Positions 21,348 through 31,072 of a stretch of DNA of 64,000 nt are shown here, piece by piece. The DNA comes from Candidatus Brocadiia bacterium. Lineage in GTDB: Bacteria; Planctomycetota; Brocadiia; SM23-32. The translations under genes and the position numbers were made by a program. The first letter of the stretch is position 1, and each line of letters starts with the position of its first letter. The stretch spans positions 18,726 through 82,725 of the forward strand of contig JBKHIT010000016.1 of assembly GCA_046538485.1 (NCBI GenBank). The letters run 5' to 3'. The notes under the pieces are model-generated. The model saw only the letters and a program-made list of their open reading frames with translations, was not told where the DNA came from and ran no database searches.

Positions 21348-22652
21348 TTAATCCCAGATATTGGCATCCCGCTGCTCCGATTCATCGGACCAGCCGACCA
21401 CAATAGCGGCTGGCTTTTGCCAGCTATCGGGCTCGACTGTTTTTGTGATGAGGCCGGCGAGATTGCTGATCCGCTCTGAGGGAGTTCGGGTTCGTTCGGA
21501 GTGTCGGTCCTCTTCCGAGTCGTCATCATCATTCCAGCTACCCCCTCCCCAGAGTTCGTTCGAGCCCATATCGTCGTCATCTTCGTCCGACTGATCGAGG
21601 ATTGAGGTATTGCCCGGAGCCCAGTGATCCCGGATTTCCGGAACGTTTCCCACGACGTTATAGCCGTGGCTTTTACGGACTTTCGATGATTTTGCACGCT
21701 GGATACGCACGACGGTTCCCTGTATTTGCCATCCCAGACCGCGGTTATCGAGAAGGAGATCGAGGATTTGCCGGACTGACACATTTTTCACTTTGAGGGT
21801 GACGGGTCGGGCCTTTGTTTCGAGGTCGGAACTGCGATACGCGAAATTCAAACCGGTTATTTCTTTGATAAATTGGAGAGCTTCGGGCAACGGAGTTTCA
21901 TCAAAATCCACTGAAATACGTCTGTTGAGCTGTTTAGCAACTTTGCTTGGGACTATTTCCCGCTCTTCCACGACGATAACTCGCGGGCCTCTTCGGACTT
22001 CGGGATATTCCTTCTTGGAGACAGTCTTCTCCCGCACGCCGAGAAGTATAAATTTCCCAACAATTTTTGATCCGCCTTCTTGAGTTTGCGCCATACGAGC
22101 CAGTAACTCGCGCACGCTTCCTTTTACAGTCCCGGGTTTCAGAACGCGTGCGGATTTATCGGCTTGCGGGTGGATGACGAAAGTGCCTTCCGTCGCTTCT
22201 TCAAGGGCTTTTTCAATTTCCTTGAGAGTCCCCTTTTTCAGTTTCAGCTCGACTTTTTTTGTTAGAAGTTCGACCATTTCATCGGAGACGGTATGGTTCT
22301 TTGGATCCCTCTTTTTGCCCTCAACGCGCCGAAGAAAATCGGGCAAATCCCGGCTTGTGGCGGGCGGAGTGTAGGAACGGATCCGGACACCACCCTCTTC
22401 CTCTGAGTCAGAAACGACGGCCTTTTTTTGTCTTACAACGCCGGGTTTGGATGAACTCAAGATGCGGCGCACCCTTGACATGGATATCGTCAGATCGCCA
22501 TTTTCCGTGCGGACACGCAATTCGTCGCCATTTCTTACGGCTTCCCCCTGGATCTTCGCGCCACTCTTGAGGATGATTTCATCGCCGTTCGCCGCAAGCG
22601 CCAGATATATACCTGCAATCAAGATGCTCAGCACTGTTAATATTAACCGCAT
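21348..22652 (-). CDS. Exported protein with two STN/secretin-N-terminal-like domains
   Basis: Signal peptide, 'DEIILKSGAKIQG', 'ISVDFDETPLPEALQFI...VTLKVKNVSVRQILDLLL', 'LITKTVEPDSW'. Confidence 0.7.
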   Translation of the reverse strand: MRLILTVLSILIAGIYLALAANGDEIILKSGAKIQGEAVRNGDELRVRTENGDLTISMSRVRRILSSSKPGVVRQKKAVVSDSEEEGGVRIRSYTPPATSRDLPDFLRRVEGKKRDPKNHTVSDEMVELLTKKVELKLKKGTLKEIEKALEEATEGTFVIHPQADKSARVLKPGTVKGSVRELLARMAQTQEGGSKIVGKFILLGVREKTVSKKEYPEVRRGPRVIVVEEREIVPSKVAKQLNRRISVDFDETPLPEALQFIKEITGLNFAYRSSDLETKARPVTLKVKNVSVRQILDLLLDNRGLGWQIQGTVVRIQRAKSSKVRKSHGYNVVGNVPEIRDHWAPGNTSILDQSDEDDDDMGSNELWGGGSWNDDDDSEEDRHSERTRTPSERISNLAGLITKTVEPDSWQKPAAIVVGWSDESEQRDANIWD

Positions 22653-22757
22653 GATTGCTCACTTTCGTTGAATATTTTCCCCGTTGCCTCTGATTTATTA
22701 TACAGCCGATCGGCGCCTGCTCCAACATTAATTTTGCTGAGCGAGCGTTGCTGAATA

Positions 22758-23020
22758 TTAGTTTTCTTCTACCGTCGTCTCGTATTTGACGCCTTCCGGC
22801 ACCGGGACGGGCACAGCCACGGTCGTGCCGTGATCGCCGGCGGTCTGGCTCAAGCTGTCGACCGCTACGAATGATGTATACTGCGACATCAGTCCATAAT
22901 TGAGCGCAACGTTTTTGATCAGGGTGGGCAGTTCCGGATCGCTGTCGTAGGTTGCCTGATCGTAGAGATCTGCTATTTGGGCCCGCGCCCAGACCCCCGC
23001 CAACCCCCGGTGTGTCGCCT
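22758..23020 (-). pseudogene. C-terminal fragment of a VIT/VWA (inter-alpha-trypsin-inhibitor-like) gene
   Basis: 'VWARAQIADL...VALNYGLMSQYTSFVAVD' is the family C-terminus; the rest of the gene is absent. Confidence 0.7.
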
Positions 23021-23047
23021 CTCAGTTGGGCTGGAGCATGCAGAGCC

Positions 23048-23091
23048 GTGAGCGGACTGGACTTCAGCCAGAGGCTGGAGTTCAGAACGCG
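23048..23091 (+). repeat. Short copy of the GCGGACTGGA(C/T)TTCAG...GCTGGAGTTCAGAACGCG repeat
   Basis: Matches the cores in arrays A and B, with a shortened middle. Confidence 0.75.
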
Positions 23092-23231
23092 CTCATAATA
23101 AGGATATGGATGTGGGAAAAAGCAGAAGAGGCAGAAAGGGGAAATCGGACGTTACGGAGAGCACCTGCCCGTTTCGAACGCGATCTTGACGCCATTGAGT
23201 CCAGGTCCCGTCGCCAGGCGTTTGGCCGCGG

Positions 23232-23687
23232 TCAGCGTTTCTGGCGGAAGAAAGACTGCATAAGTTCGCGGGTTTCGTCGGCGAGCACTCCGCCTTCGAT
23301 TTCCACCTGGTGGTTGAAAGCGCTGATATTAAGGAGGTTGACGACGCTTCCGCAGGCGCCGCTTTTGGGATCGCTGAGTCCGTAGACCAGGCGTGAGACT
23401 CTCGCGTTGAGCAATGCCCCTGCGCACATGCAACATGGTTCAAGCGTGCAATAGACCGTGGTGTCGGTCAGACGCCAGTCTCCGCGTTTTTCTGCGGCCC
23501 GGCGGAGTGCCAGCATTTCGGCGTGGGCGGTGGGATCCTTGCTTGAAGCTCTCGTGTTGTGGGCGCGAGCCAACTCGTTTTGGCCGACCACGATTACGCA
23601 ACCGACGGGTACCTGTTCCTCTTCGGCTGCGGCACGAGCCTCTTTGAGAGCTTCTCGCATCCATTTTTCTTCTGATTGTTTGCTCAA
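23232..23687 (-). CDS. tadA: tRNA adenosine(34) deaminase
   Basis: VPVGCVIV, DPTAHAE, TLEPCCMCAGA, DPKSGA; TTG start after GAGGAG. Confidence 0.93.
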   Translation of the reverse strand: MSKQSEEKWMREALKEARAAAEEEQVPVGCVIVVGQNELARAHNTRASSKDPTAHAEMLALRRAAEKRGDWRLTDTTVYCTLEPCCMCAGALLNARVSRLVYGLSDPKSGACGSVVNLLNISAFNHQVEIEGGVLADETRELMQSFFRQKR

Positions 23688-23851
23688 AAGACATCTCCTC
23701 GTCGAGATAATGGCGCTGCTGCTTTAACCAGCACGCCCTTGAGATTAGAATAAGTAAACGGCGCGGGCCGGGAAGTCAAGTGTTTTTGAGCGGGAGATCC
23801 AGACTGAACGCTTTCCCGGATGTTTTCCTTGATGCGGGGAGGATGAGAAAT

Positions 23852-24895
23852 ATGTTCGAGATGACGGTTGCAGAGATTTGTGAGCTGACGGACGGTCGCC
23901 TTCATGGTCCAGAGAACGTTGCTATTTCCGGGGTCCGTGATCTCGATCATGCGGGGCCGGGAGACCTGTCTTTCGCCGGCGATGAGTCGCGGAGCGAGAA
24001 AGCTGCTTCGTCCAGTGCTGGAGCGTTGCTCACTGCGGAAAAAATTGAGGATTTCGACGGCACCCAAATCGTCTGTGACGATGTTGAAAAGGCACTGGTG
24101 GCTGTTCTGAAGGAGGTCCGTAATACTCTCTACCCTCGCCCAACCGGAATAAGCAACAAAGCGTCGATCAGTGCGGATGCGACCCTTGGCGATGAAGTAT
24201 CAGTTGGGGATTATGCGGTTATTGAAGCGAATGCGGAGATTGCAGCAGGAGTTACTATCTACCCGCTGGCTTACATCGGGCGGAGCGTGCAAATTGGCGC
24301 TGGGACCGTCGTTCACCCGCATGCGACGATTTGCGCCGGGGCCCGGATCGGGGGAAATTGTGAAATCCACCCGAACGTCGTCATAGCTGATGACGGCTTT
24401 GGATATTTCCAGCGTGAGGGCAAGAGCACAAAATTTCCGCACATCGGGACGGTTCGCATAGGTGACAATGTTTCTGTTCACGGTCTTTCTTCGATTGACA
24501 GGGGTATGGTCGAAGATACGGTTGTGGGCGAGGGCGTTAAGGTCGACAAACATTGCCAGATCGCGCACAACTGCGAGGTGGGCGAGCATTGCATTATGGC
24601 GGGGGGAGCGCAGGTGGCAGGGAGCTGCACTCTGGGCAAATTCGTTGTCCTGGGGGGGATGGCGGGGGTTGCCGATCATGTTCAAATCGGTGAAGGAAGC
24701 CAGTTCGGCGGCAAGAGCGGCATTACGAGGGATGTGAAACCGGGATCGAAAATGTTTGGGACGCCCGCACGGCCTTTCAAACAGCAAATGCGAATCCATG
24801 TTTTGCAGGCCAGATTGCCCAATATGCGAAACCGGATTAAAAAGCTCGAAAAAGAAATCGTGGAATTAAAAAAAAGACTTGACGACAAACTGTAA
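23852..24895 (+). CDS. lpxD: UDP-3-O-(3-hydroxyacyl)glucosamine N-acyltransferase
   Basis: Hexapeptide repeats, DGFGY, IDRG, QIAHN, GTPARP. Confidence 0.95.
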   Translation: MFEMTVAEICELTDGRLHGPENVAISGVRDLDHAGPGDLSFAGDESRSEKAASSSAGALLTAEKIEDFDGTQIVCDDVEKALVAVLKEVRNTLYPRPTGISNKASISADATLGDEVSVGDYAVIEANAEIAAGVTIYPLAYIGRSVQIGAGTVVHPHATICAGARIGGNCEIHPNVVIADDGFGYFQREGKSTKFPHIGTVRIGDNVSVHGLSSIDRGMVEDTVVGEGVKVDKHCQIAHNCEVGEHCIMAGGAQVAGSCTLGKFVVLGGMAGVADHVQIGEGSQFGGKSGITRDVKPGSKMFGTPARPFKQQMRIHVLQARLPNMRNRIKKLEKEIVELKKRLDDKL

Positions 24896-24977
24896 GAAGT
24901 CTGGAAATTCAGGTGTCAAATCTTTTAAGATAAAACCATTCGCTATAGGTTTTTGTTCACAAATTCCGGAGGACATT

Positions 24978-26408
24978 ATGTTGCGAAAAACTTGTGTAAT
25001 CGCATTGTGCCTGGCCTTCTTGCTGGTGGGTTGTCGCAAGAAAGGCGAATCTGCGGGAGGAACCGCAAACGAAGTCGGCGGTGTTTCGAAGGCGAAAGAA
25101 AAAACCCCGCCGGGATACGTACGGATTCCGGATACGTCTCGCGTGGCTTTCGTGCGAAAGGACCCGCTGAGGATTGGAGAGTATGTCGCGTATTTAAAAG
25201 AAACGGGACAGAACCTTCCCGACAGGCTTAAGTCTCCCGATGTTGATTATCAGGATCCTGTTACCGGGCTTTCACGGCAGCAGGCTCAGGAGGCGGCCGG
25301 GTGGCAGATGCTTCGGATGCTTACGGCCGAGGAATGGGAAAAAGGGAAGAAACTTGGTCTACAAGGCGAGTATCCCTGGGGCGAAACGGTTTCAGAGGAA
25401 GATCGCAAAAAACGGAAAATATTTTTAGTTCGGGATTGGGCAAGCAAAAACAGCCCGAAATATAAAACCGCCAAAGAAAACAAAGGGGAAATCCGCAAAA
25501 AATACCTCTCTAAATACCGACAAGCGGTCAAAGAGTTCCAGGACAAAATACAAAAGACGGTTCAAGAAACCACAGAGGAGCTAAAGGAGAAGTGGAAAGC
25601 TCTTAAACCGAAGATGTTTGATCTCGCCGAAGCGAAAAAACGTATTCGGGAGAATGAAGCCTGGGAAGCTGAAAATGTGAATGTGATCCAGGTGTTGCGA
25701 AAACTGCAGCAAAAAAAACTCCAGTTTGTCAATAAAAAGTTTGCCGACGGTGCTACGGATGAGAGTGTTGCAAAGGCGAAGAAGGCCTATGAGGCGTATA
25801 TTGAAACTGCCCGAGAAAAAATTGAGGCGAGACAAAAGGAATTGCTTCAAGATGTTCATAAGGCCAGCGATAAAGTTGTCGAACTAACGCAACAGATTGA
25901 AAAGGCCGGCGGGAATATAGGTAAGAATGTGGGTGACCTGATCACAGAGGTCCAGGAAATCCCCGCCGACGTCGATGAAGTAGAGAAAGTAAATAAACAA
26001 ATCGAGCGGATACGGGATATTCGCAGCAAAGCCGTCGCTCTTGGCGAGAAGCAAAGTGACATTTTGGGGAAAATGCTCGCGGAGGTGGAGGAAGAGCTCA
26101 AAACGGTCAATAAAAAGTTGCGGAAAATAGAAGAGGAAGAAGACACTCCCCCGGCTAAAATAGATAAATTGAAAGAGAGCCTCAAGAAAATGAATGAGAG
26201 ACTGGAGGCTCAATTTGAACAAGAAAACGCTGTGATAAATGCCGTCAAAAAACTCGCTGATCTCGCTGCCCGGAAAAAAGCTTTACAGACACAAATTAAC
26301 CAGCTGCAAGAGACATTGGAGGTTTTTAAAGAGAACGATATAGAGCCTCCACAGGAAGAACAGCCAGAGAAGACGGAAGCCCAACCGGAGGGAGAAACCG
26401 GGAACTAA
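24978..26408 (+). CDS. Lipoprotein with degenerate FGE/SUMF1-like domain and long coiled coil
   Basis: GGAGG RBS; lipobox LLVGC; 'PPGYVRIP', 'PVTGLS..QA', 'RMLTAEEWEKG', 'YPWG'; K/E-rich helical remainder. Confidence 0.7.
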   Translation: MLRKTCVIALCLAFLLVGCRKKGESAGGTANEVGGVSKAKEKTPPGYVRIPDTSRVAFVRKDPLRIGEYVAYLKETGQNLPDRLKSPDVDYQDPVTGLSRQQAQEAAGWQMLRMLTAEEWEKGKKLGLQGEYPWGETVSEEDRKKRKIFLVRDWASKNSPKYKTAKENKGEIRKKYLSKYRQAVKEFQDKIQKTVQETTEELKEKWKALKPKMFDLAEAKKRIRENEAWEAENVNVIQVLRKLQQKKLQFVNKKFADGATDESVAKAKKAYEAYIETAREKIEARQKELLQDVHKASDKVVELTQQIEKAGGNIGKNVGDLITEVQEIPADVDEVEKVNKQIERIRDIRSKAVALGEKQSDILGKMLAEVEEELKTVNKKLRKIEEEEDTPPAKIDKLKESLKKMNERLEAQFEQENAVINAVKKLADLAARKKALQTQINQLQETLEVFKENDIEPPQEEQPEKTEAQPEGETGN

Positions 26409-26503
26409 ACTGGTTGGTAGCGAATTGGGCGCCACACATCACCGGGTCTTCAGCATCGAAGAGGTTTCATTCGTCCGTTCATAGACATTAAGGTGCCCGG
26501 ATC

Positions 26504-27340
26504 GTGCATGAGTTTCTCAACCACATCATTCTCGGCATTCTCCAGGGGATTACAGAATTCCTCCCTGTGAGCAGTTCGGGCCACCTTGTGGTAGCTCAAA
26601 AATTGCTGGGTGTCAACGAGCCAGGATTTTTTGTTGAGATCTGTCTCCATTTCGGGACGCTGGTGGCTATCATTATTGTCTTCCGCCGGCAACTGCTGGA
26701 GTTGACGCGAGACGGTCTCGTGGGTGCCTGGGTCACTGCGCATTCTTTAAGCCTCAAAAAAGCCCGGGATGCTGCCCCTGCTTTTCCCACCGCTGTTGCC
26801 ATCGTGATCGGGACTGTGCCCGCTGCTTGCGCTGGAGTCCTGCTGGAGGATACGATCGCCCGAATATTCGAGGGCAACACAGTGCTGACCGGTATGATGT
26901 TATTTTTGACGGGCGTGGTTCTTTTGGCCAGCCGCTTTGCGCGCCGGGATGGAAGCCGTGAGGTCAACGGCGGGAGGGGGTTTTGCGTGGGCATCGCACA
27001 GGCATGTGCATTGTTGCCCGGCATCAGTCGGTCGGGGATGACAATTGTGGCGGGATATTTTCTGGGTTTGGAGAAGCAAACCGCGGCACATTTCGCGTTT
27101 CTACTGGCGGTTCCCATAATGCTCGGAGCCGTGGGATGGGATACGATCCGCATAATGATGGGAAGCGCGCCCTTTCAGGTCGAAGCTGCAGAGATCGGTC
27201 CGCTCATGGCCGGTAGTTTTCTTGCGGCAATCGTGGGTTGGGTTTGTCTGAAGCTGCTCTTAAAAACCGTATCGAAGGGCAAACTGTACTGGTTTTCTGC
27301 TTATTGCATGCCAATGGGGCTTATCCTTTTGTTTGTCTGA
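26504..27340 (+). CDS. uppP: Undecaprenyl-diphosphate phosphatase
   Basis: GILQGITEFLPVSSSGH, HFGTL, LPGISRSG. Confidence 0.95.
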   Translation: MHEFLNHIILGILQGITEFLPVSSSGHLVVAQKLLGVNEPGFFVEICLHFGTLVAIIIVFRRQLLELTRDGLVGAWVTAHSLSLKKARDAAPAFPTAVAIVIGTVPAACAGVLLEDTIARIFEGNTVLTGMMLFLTGVVLLASRFARRDGSREVNGGRGFCVGIAQACALLPGISRSGMTIVAGYFLGLEKQTAAHFAFLLAVPIMLGAVGWDTIRIMMGSAPFQVEAAEIGPLMAGSFLAAIVGWVCLKLLLKTVSKGKLYWFSAYCMPMGLILLFV

Positions 27341-27514
27341 AAAATAACAGTCAGACTTTTCTCCCTTTGCTATTCTTATCACTGAAATTTCTTGCGCGAG
27401 ATTTTTTGGATATTGACTAATTTTTTATCTGCGTGTACGATGGTTTATGTACGTGGTTTAATTTCCGCTCTTGTGAGGGCGGTTACTCTTTTTTTCTCAG
27501 GAGGTCGCCGAATT

Positions 27515-28402
27515 ATGTTAAAGTGGTCTCGTCTGGTACGTTGCGCTGTTATCCTGGCCGTAGCGTTACTTTTCGCGGCTCCGGGGCCCAAGGATAAAAA
27601 GGCAGAACCAAAGGGCAAAGCAGCAGAGAAAAGACAAAAGAAGCATAGAAAGAAAAAGAAGAACAAAGATAAACATCGCGCGGTCAAGAAATTCATACAC
27701 CGGGCAACGAGCATAGCGCATCCGCGGCACGTTTCCCCTGGAAGCTGGGATCCGCTCCAGGTTTACCGGCGTCTCTTTAGTCTCAATGAGACTCAGAAAA
27801 AGCAGCTGATGGAACTGCAGGAGCAACGCAATGAAGAGCGCCAGGAAATGATTGCACAGTTAAATGAGAAATACGCTGAGAAAGCCGAGGGGATTCTCAT
27901 ACCAGAACAAAAAGAGCGATACAAAGCTGTCGATGGCGCTCTCCAAACCTACCGCGAGAACGTGGCGGAATCGCGAGATAAACTTCTGGCGAAAACTAAG
28001 GAACCGCTTTCACGGTTAGTCAAACGCGGCTACGTTCCTCACCTCAGAGATTTGTATCGTCACGCCAATTTGGGACTGACCGGCGAACAGAAGAAAAAGC
28101 GCGATCAGTATTACGAAGAGAACAGGAAGGCGATGAAAGAAGCCCTGGCAAATCTGGAGAAACCCAGCGGCCGGAAGGATATGGAGGCCTGGAAGAATTA
28201 CCATAAAAAATTGCGGGAAATCAAGGGGCAAGGCCGAAACGATTTAACACAGAAAATCGAGAGCCTGCTCACGCCTGAACAAAAAAAGCACCTTGAAGAG
28301 GTCAAAGAGGCCGTCAGTCTATATCACGAGGAGACCCAGAAATACCGCGAACAAATGCGGGAAGACCTCGAGGAATTGTTTCAGACCGATCAGACCGAGT
28401 AA
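27515..28402 (+). CDS. Exported helical protein with LTxEQ (Spy/CpxP-like) motifs
   Basis: AGGAGG RBS; signal peptide; LNETQK, LIPEQK, LTGEQK and LTPEQK repeats. Confidence 0.7.
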   Translation: MLKWSRLVRCAVILAVALLFAAPGPKDKKAEPKGKAAEKRQKKHRKKKKNKDKHRAVKKFIHRATSIAHPRHVSPGSWDPLQVYRRLFSLNETQKKQLMELQEQRNEERQEMIAQLNEKYAEKAEGILIPEQKERYKAVDGALQTYRENVAESRDKLLAKTKEPLSRLVKRGYVPHLRDLYRHANLGLTGEQKKKRDQYYEENRKAMKEALANLEKPSGRKDMEAWKNYHKKLREIKGQGRNDLTQKIESLLTPEQKKHLEEVKEAVSLYHEETQKYREQMREDLEELFQTDQTE

Positions 28403-28406
28403 TTTC

Positions 28407-29039
28407 TTACTGTGCGCCCGCGGGGGACGGCGGTCCCCCGCGGATGGCAATGGTTTCGAGGATTGCGCTCACAAGCAGAAGCGGAAAAATCAGGGCGAAA
28501 TAAGCTTCTGCTCTCTCCCCGAACAGTCGGGCGTAACTATCCCCTTTTTGAGCCATGTGGCCGAGCCGGATGCCCATCGCCAGTGTGTACCAGAAACAGG
28601 GCAGCTCCAAAACGAAAACCAGCAGCCCGCAGACGGGGGCAAGAGATGCGGGCGGTTGCCAGCCCGTCTCGGATATTTCCGTCATCCGTCCGGCCATCCA
28701 CCCATTATTTTTGCTCGTTTCCACCCCGACAATTCCCACGTTGAGCCCGGTCCAGACAGCAAAAAGTTTGGGCAGAAGCGGGTGAAAGCCACTGGCCAGA
28801 AATAAGAGCATCACGGCGGAATTGTAGAGCCAGATGACACCTGCCACGCGCCAGAACACGGGTCGTCTTCCCATAAAACGCAGAACGATCTCGAAGATAC
28901 GACGAGGCAGCCAGCCCACGGCGCTAAGCTTGTACCGCACCACCGGAACCGCTGCAAAGAGACCGACCCCGAAAAGCAGCGCGCTGTGAAGGGCAAGGCG
29001 TGAGTGGTTTATAAAGACGAATTTGAGCAGTTCCAACAC
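28407..29039 (-). CDS. Membrane protein, possibly SpoIIM/DUF95-like
   Basis: Multiple TM segments, 'VLELP', 'LLVSAILET'; 3 bp after folD. Confidence 0.65.
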   Translation of the reverse strand: MLELLKFVFINHSRLALHSALLFGVGLFAAVPVVRYKLSAVGWLPRRIFEIVLRFMGRRPVFWRVAGVIWLYNSAVMLLFLASGFHPLLPKLFAVWTGLNVGIVGVETSKNNGWMAGRMTEISETGWQPPASLAPVCGLLVFVLELPCFWYTLAMGIRLGHMAQKGDSYARLFGERAEAYFALIFPLLLVSAILETIAIRGGPPSPAGAQ

Positions 29040-29042
29040 TGT

Positions 29043-29921
29043 TTAGCTCTGTCTTCGCGCGCACTCAACCGTATTTTTCAGCAGCATGGCTGTCGTGACG
29101 AGTCCGACTCCGCCCGGAACGGGGGTGATGGCGCGTGCCACTTTGCTGGCGGCTTCAAACTCGACATCTCCAACGATCCTGGTCTTTTTCTCCCCGTCCT
29201 CTTCCACCTTGACCCGGTTGATTCCCACGTCGATCACGACGGCTCCCTCTTTGATCATGTCGCCTTTGACAAGACCGGCTTTTCCGGCGGCAACGATGAG
29301 AATCTCGGCCCGGCGGGTATGGAACGCGAGGTCTTCGGTGGCTATGTGGCAACATGTAGCGGTGGGAGATTCCATCAATGATCTCAAAAGCATCACAAGG
29401 GTCGGTTTGCCCACGATTTCGCTATGCCCAACAACGACGGTTTCTTTCCCTTTCAGATCGACGCCGTAATCTTCGAGCATCGTAATGACGGCGTGGGGCG
29501 TGCAGGGGGCGAGGGAAAAGTCGCCGAAGAACAATTTCCCAATATTGGCAGGATTCATCCCTTCCACGTCTTTTTCGGGTGCGATTTCCTGCTGGATTTC
29601 CCTCGGATCAATGCCTTCCGGGACAGGCATCAGCAGGATTATGCCATCGACATCTTCGGCGTGATTCAACTGCCGAACATAGTCTTTCATTTCCTGGCCG
29701 GTCTCGAGTCCCCCGCTCTTTTCTTGGTCGTGGAGTTCATACTCTATACCCACTTCCGCACACGATTTGCGCTGGCTTTTGGCGTAATAGCGAGCTCCGG
29801 GGTTATCAGTGGCCAGAATGGCCGCCAGTTTTGGCGGATTTGGCATTTGTTCTACCGCCTGTGAGACCTCATCTTTAATGCGTTCGGCAATCGGTTTCCC
29901 ATCAATTAAATCGGCACTCAT
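29043..29921 (-). CDS. folD: Methylenetetrahydrofolate dehydrogenase/cyclohydrolase
   Basis: LIDGK, KDVEG, PCTP, VVIDVGIN, ITPVPGGVG. Confidence 0.95.
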   Translation of the reverse strand: MSADLIDGKPIAERIKDEVSQAVEQMPNPPKLAAILATDNPGARYYAKSQRKSCAEVGIEYELHDQEKSGGLETGQEMKDYVRQLNHAEDVDGIILLMPVPEGIDPREIQQEIAPEKDVEGMNPANIGKLFFGDFSLAPCTPHAVITMLEDYGVDLKGKETVVVGHSEIVGKPTLVMLLRSLMESPTATCCHIATEDLAFHTRRAEILIVAAGKAGLVKGDMIKEGAVVIDVGINRVKVEEDGEKKTRIVGDVEFEAASKVARAITPVPGGVGLVTTAMLLKNTVECARRQS

Positions 29922-29935
29922 AAAAGCTCCTTCAA

Positions 29936-30649
29936 TCAGAAAGATGCAGTCAGTACTTTGCGCAGTTCCTCTTCTATCCAAACGTGCGCGTCGGAAAGGC
30001 AAAAGGGACCGTGTCCCGGATAAATAATGTCCGGGGGGTCTTCCAGCAACCTGACCAGTGAACTGGCGGCTTGTTCCGAATCATATCCAAAACGATCCCG
30101 GTGCGATTTCAGTCCTGGATTGCGCACCACATCCCCCGAGAATAAAATTCGGTGGTCACCCGCACCCAGTTCGTATCCCATACATCCCGGGGAATGACCG
30201 GGAAGCGCAACGGCTCGGATTTGCATGGCTCCTACCTCAAGTGATTCCCCATCTTCCACCACGGTAATCTCTTTTTCACAGGGAGGAAATTCGTGGTGGT
30301 AGCAGTAGGATGCTGTGCGCAGATCTCCGGCTTCCACGGCTTCAGCGGTCTGTTGAGAAGCCAGGACCTCAATTCCCATTTTCTGAATAGCGTCCGTAGC
30401 CGCAACGTGGGGAAAATGGGCGTGAGTCAACAAAAGATGGCTGATGTCCGAGACCTCAAAATCCATCTGGCGGACGTTGTCAAGAATCCCGGGGAGACTT
30501 TCTCCGCACCCGCAATCGACCATGATGAACGTATCGCCGCTGTCTACAAGATAAACATTGGCATCATTTGCCGGCCAATCCACCCGGACCCGATTGAAAT
30601 CCTGGCCACCGATCAGAAAGACCGGTCCGATGAGTTGCATCTCTATCAT
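29936..30649 (-). CDS. Metallo-beta-lactamase-fold hydrolase
   Basis: THAHFPH (HxHxDH variant), PGHSPG, FSGD, PGHG; GGAGG RBS. Confidence 0.88.
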   Translation of the reverse strand: MIEMQLIGPVFLIGGQDFNRVRVDWPANDANVYLVDSGDTFIMVDCGCGESLPGILDNVRQMDFEVSDISHLLLTHAHFPHVAATDAIQKMGIEVLASQQTAEAVEAGDLRTASYCYHHEFPPCEKEITVVEDGESLEVGAMQIRAVALPGHSPGCMGYELGAGDHRILFSGDVVRNPGLKSHRDRFGYDSEQAASSLVRLLEDPPDIIYPGHGPFCLSDAHVWIEEELRKVLTASF

Positions 30650-31072
30650 GACAGTCCTCCGGGCTGGATTAATCGATAGTTTTGGGCGCGGCGGAATCCT
30701 TATTAAACGGCAACCTCGAAGATGTGTCAAGGACTACCCCGTGTAATTCCGGCTGTTCACTTTTGGTTTCCGGAGGAGAATCTCCTATCTTGCCTGTGGC
30801 CCTCGGCGTTCTGTCAGTGTGAACCAGCCAACGTGTCGTCGCCAAAACCGGTGACCGGCAGGGATATTTAAGTGCCGTGCGTCTGGTATGCCTGTCATAC
30901 AACGCGGTTGGCTGATTCGCGGTCGGCGAGTTTACAGCACGAACGGCGGCGGATTCCCCGAACGCCGCGCCAGATATTACCACAGGAATACCCGAATGGG
31001 ACGCAAAATCCAGATTGCTTCAAGCGGTACGAACAAAAGGTAAAAAGAACCGCCAATGGCACTGTCCCGGGT

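Noticed and set aside
23092..23231. tRNA or SRP RNA next to tadA
   Set aside because: Contains GTTCGAA but no cloverleaf or SRP loop could be built.
30730..31070. Riboswitch or ncRNA upstream of the MBL-folD operon
   Set aside because: No recognisable ZTP or THF consensus by eye; an Rfam scan is needed.
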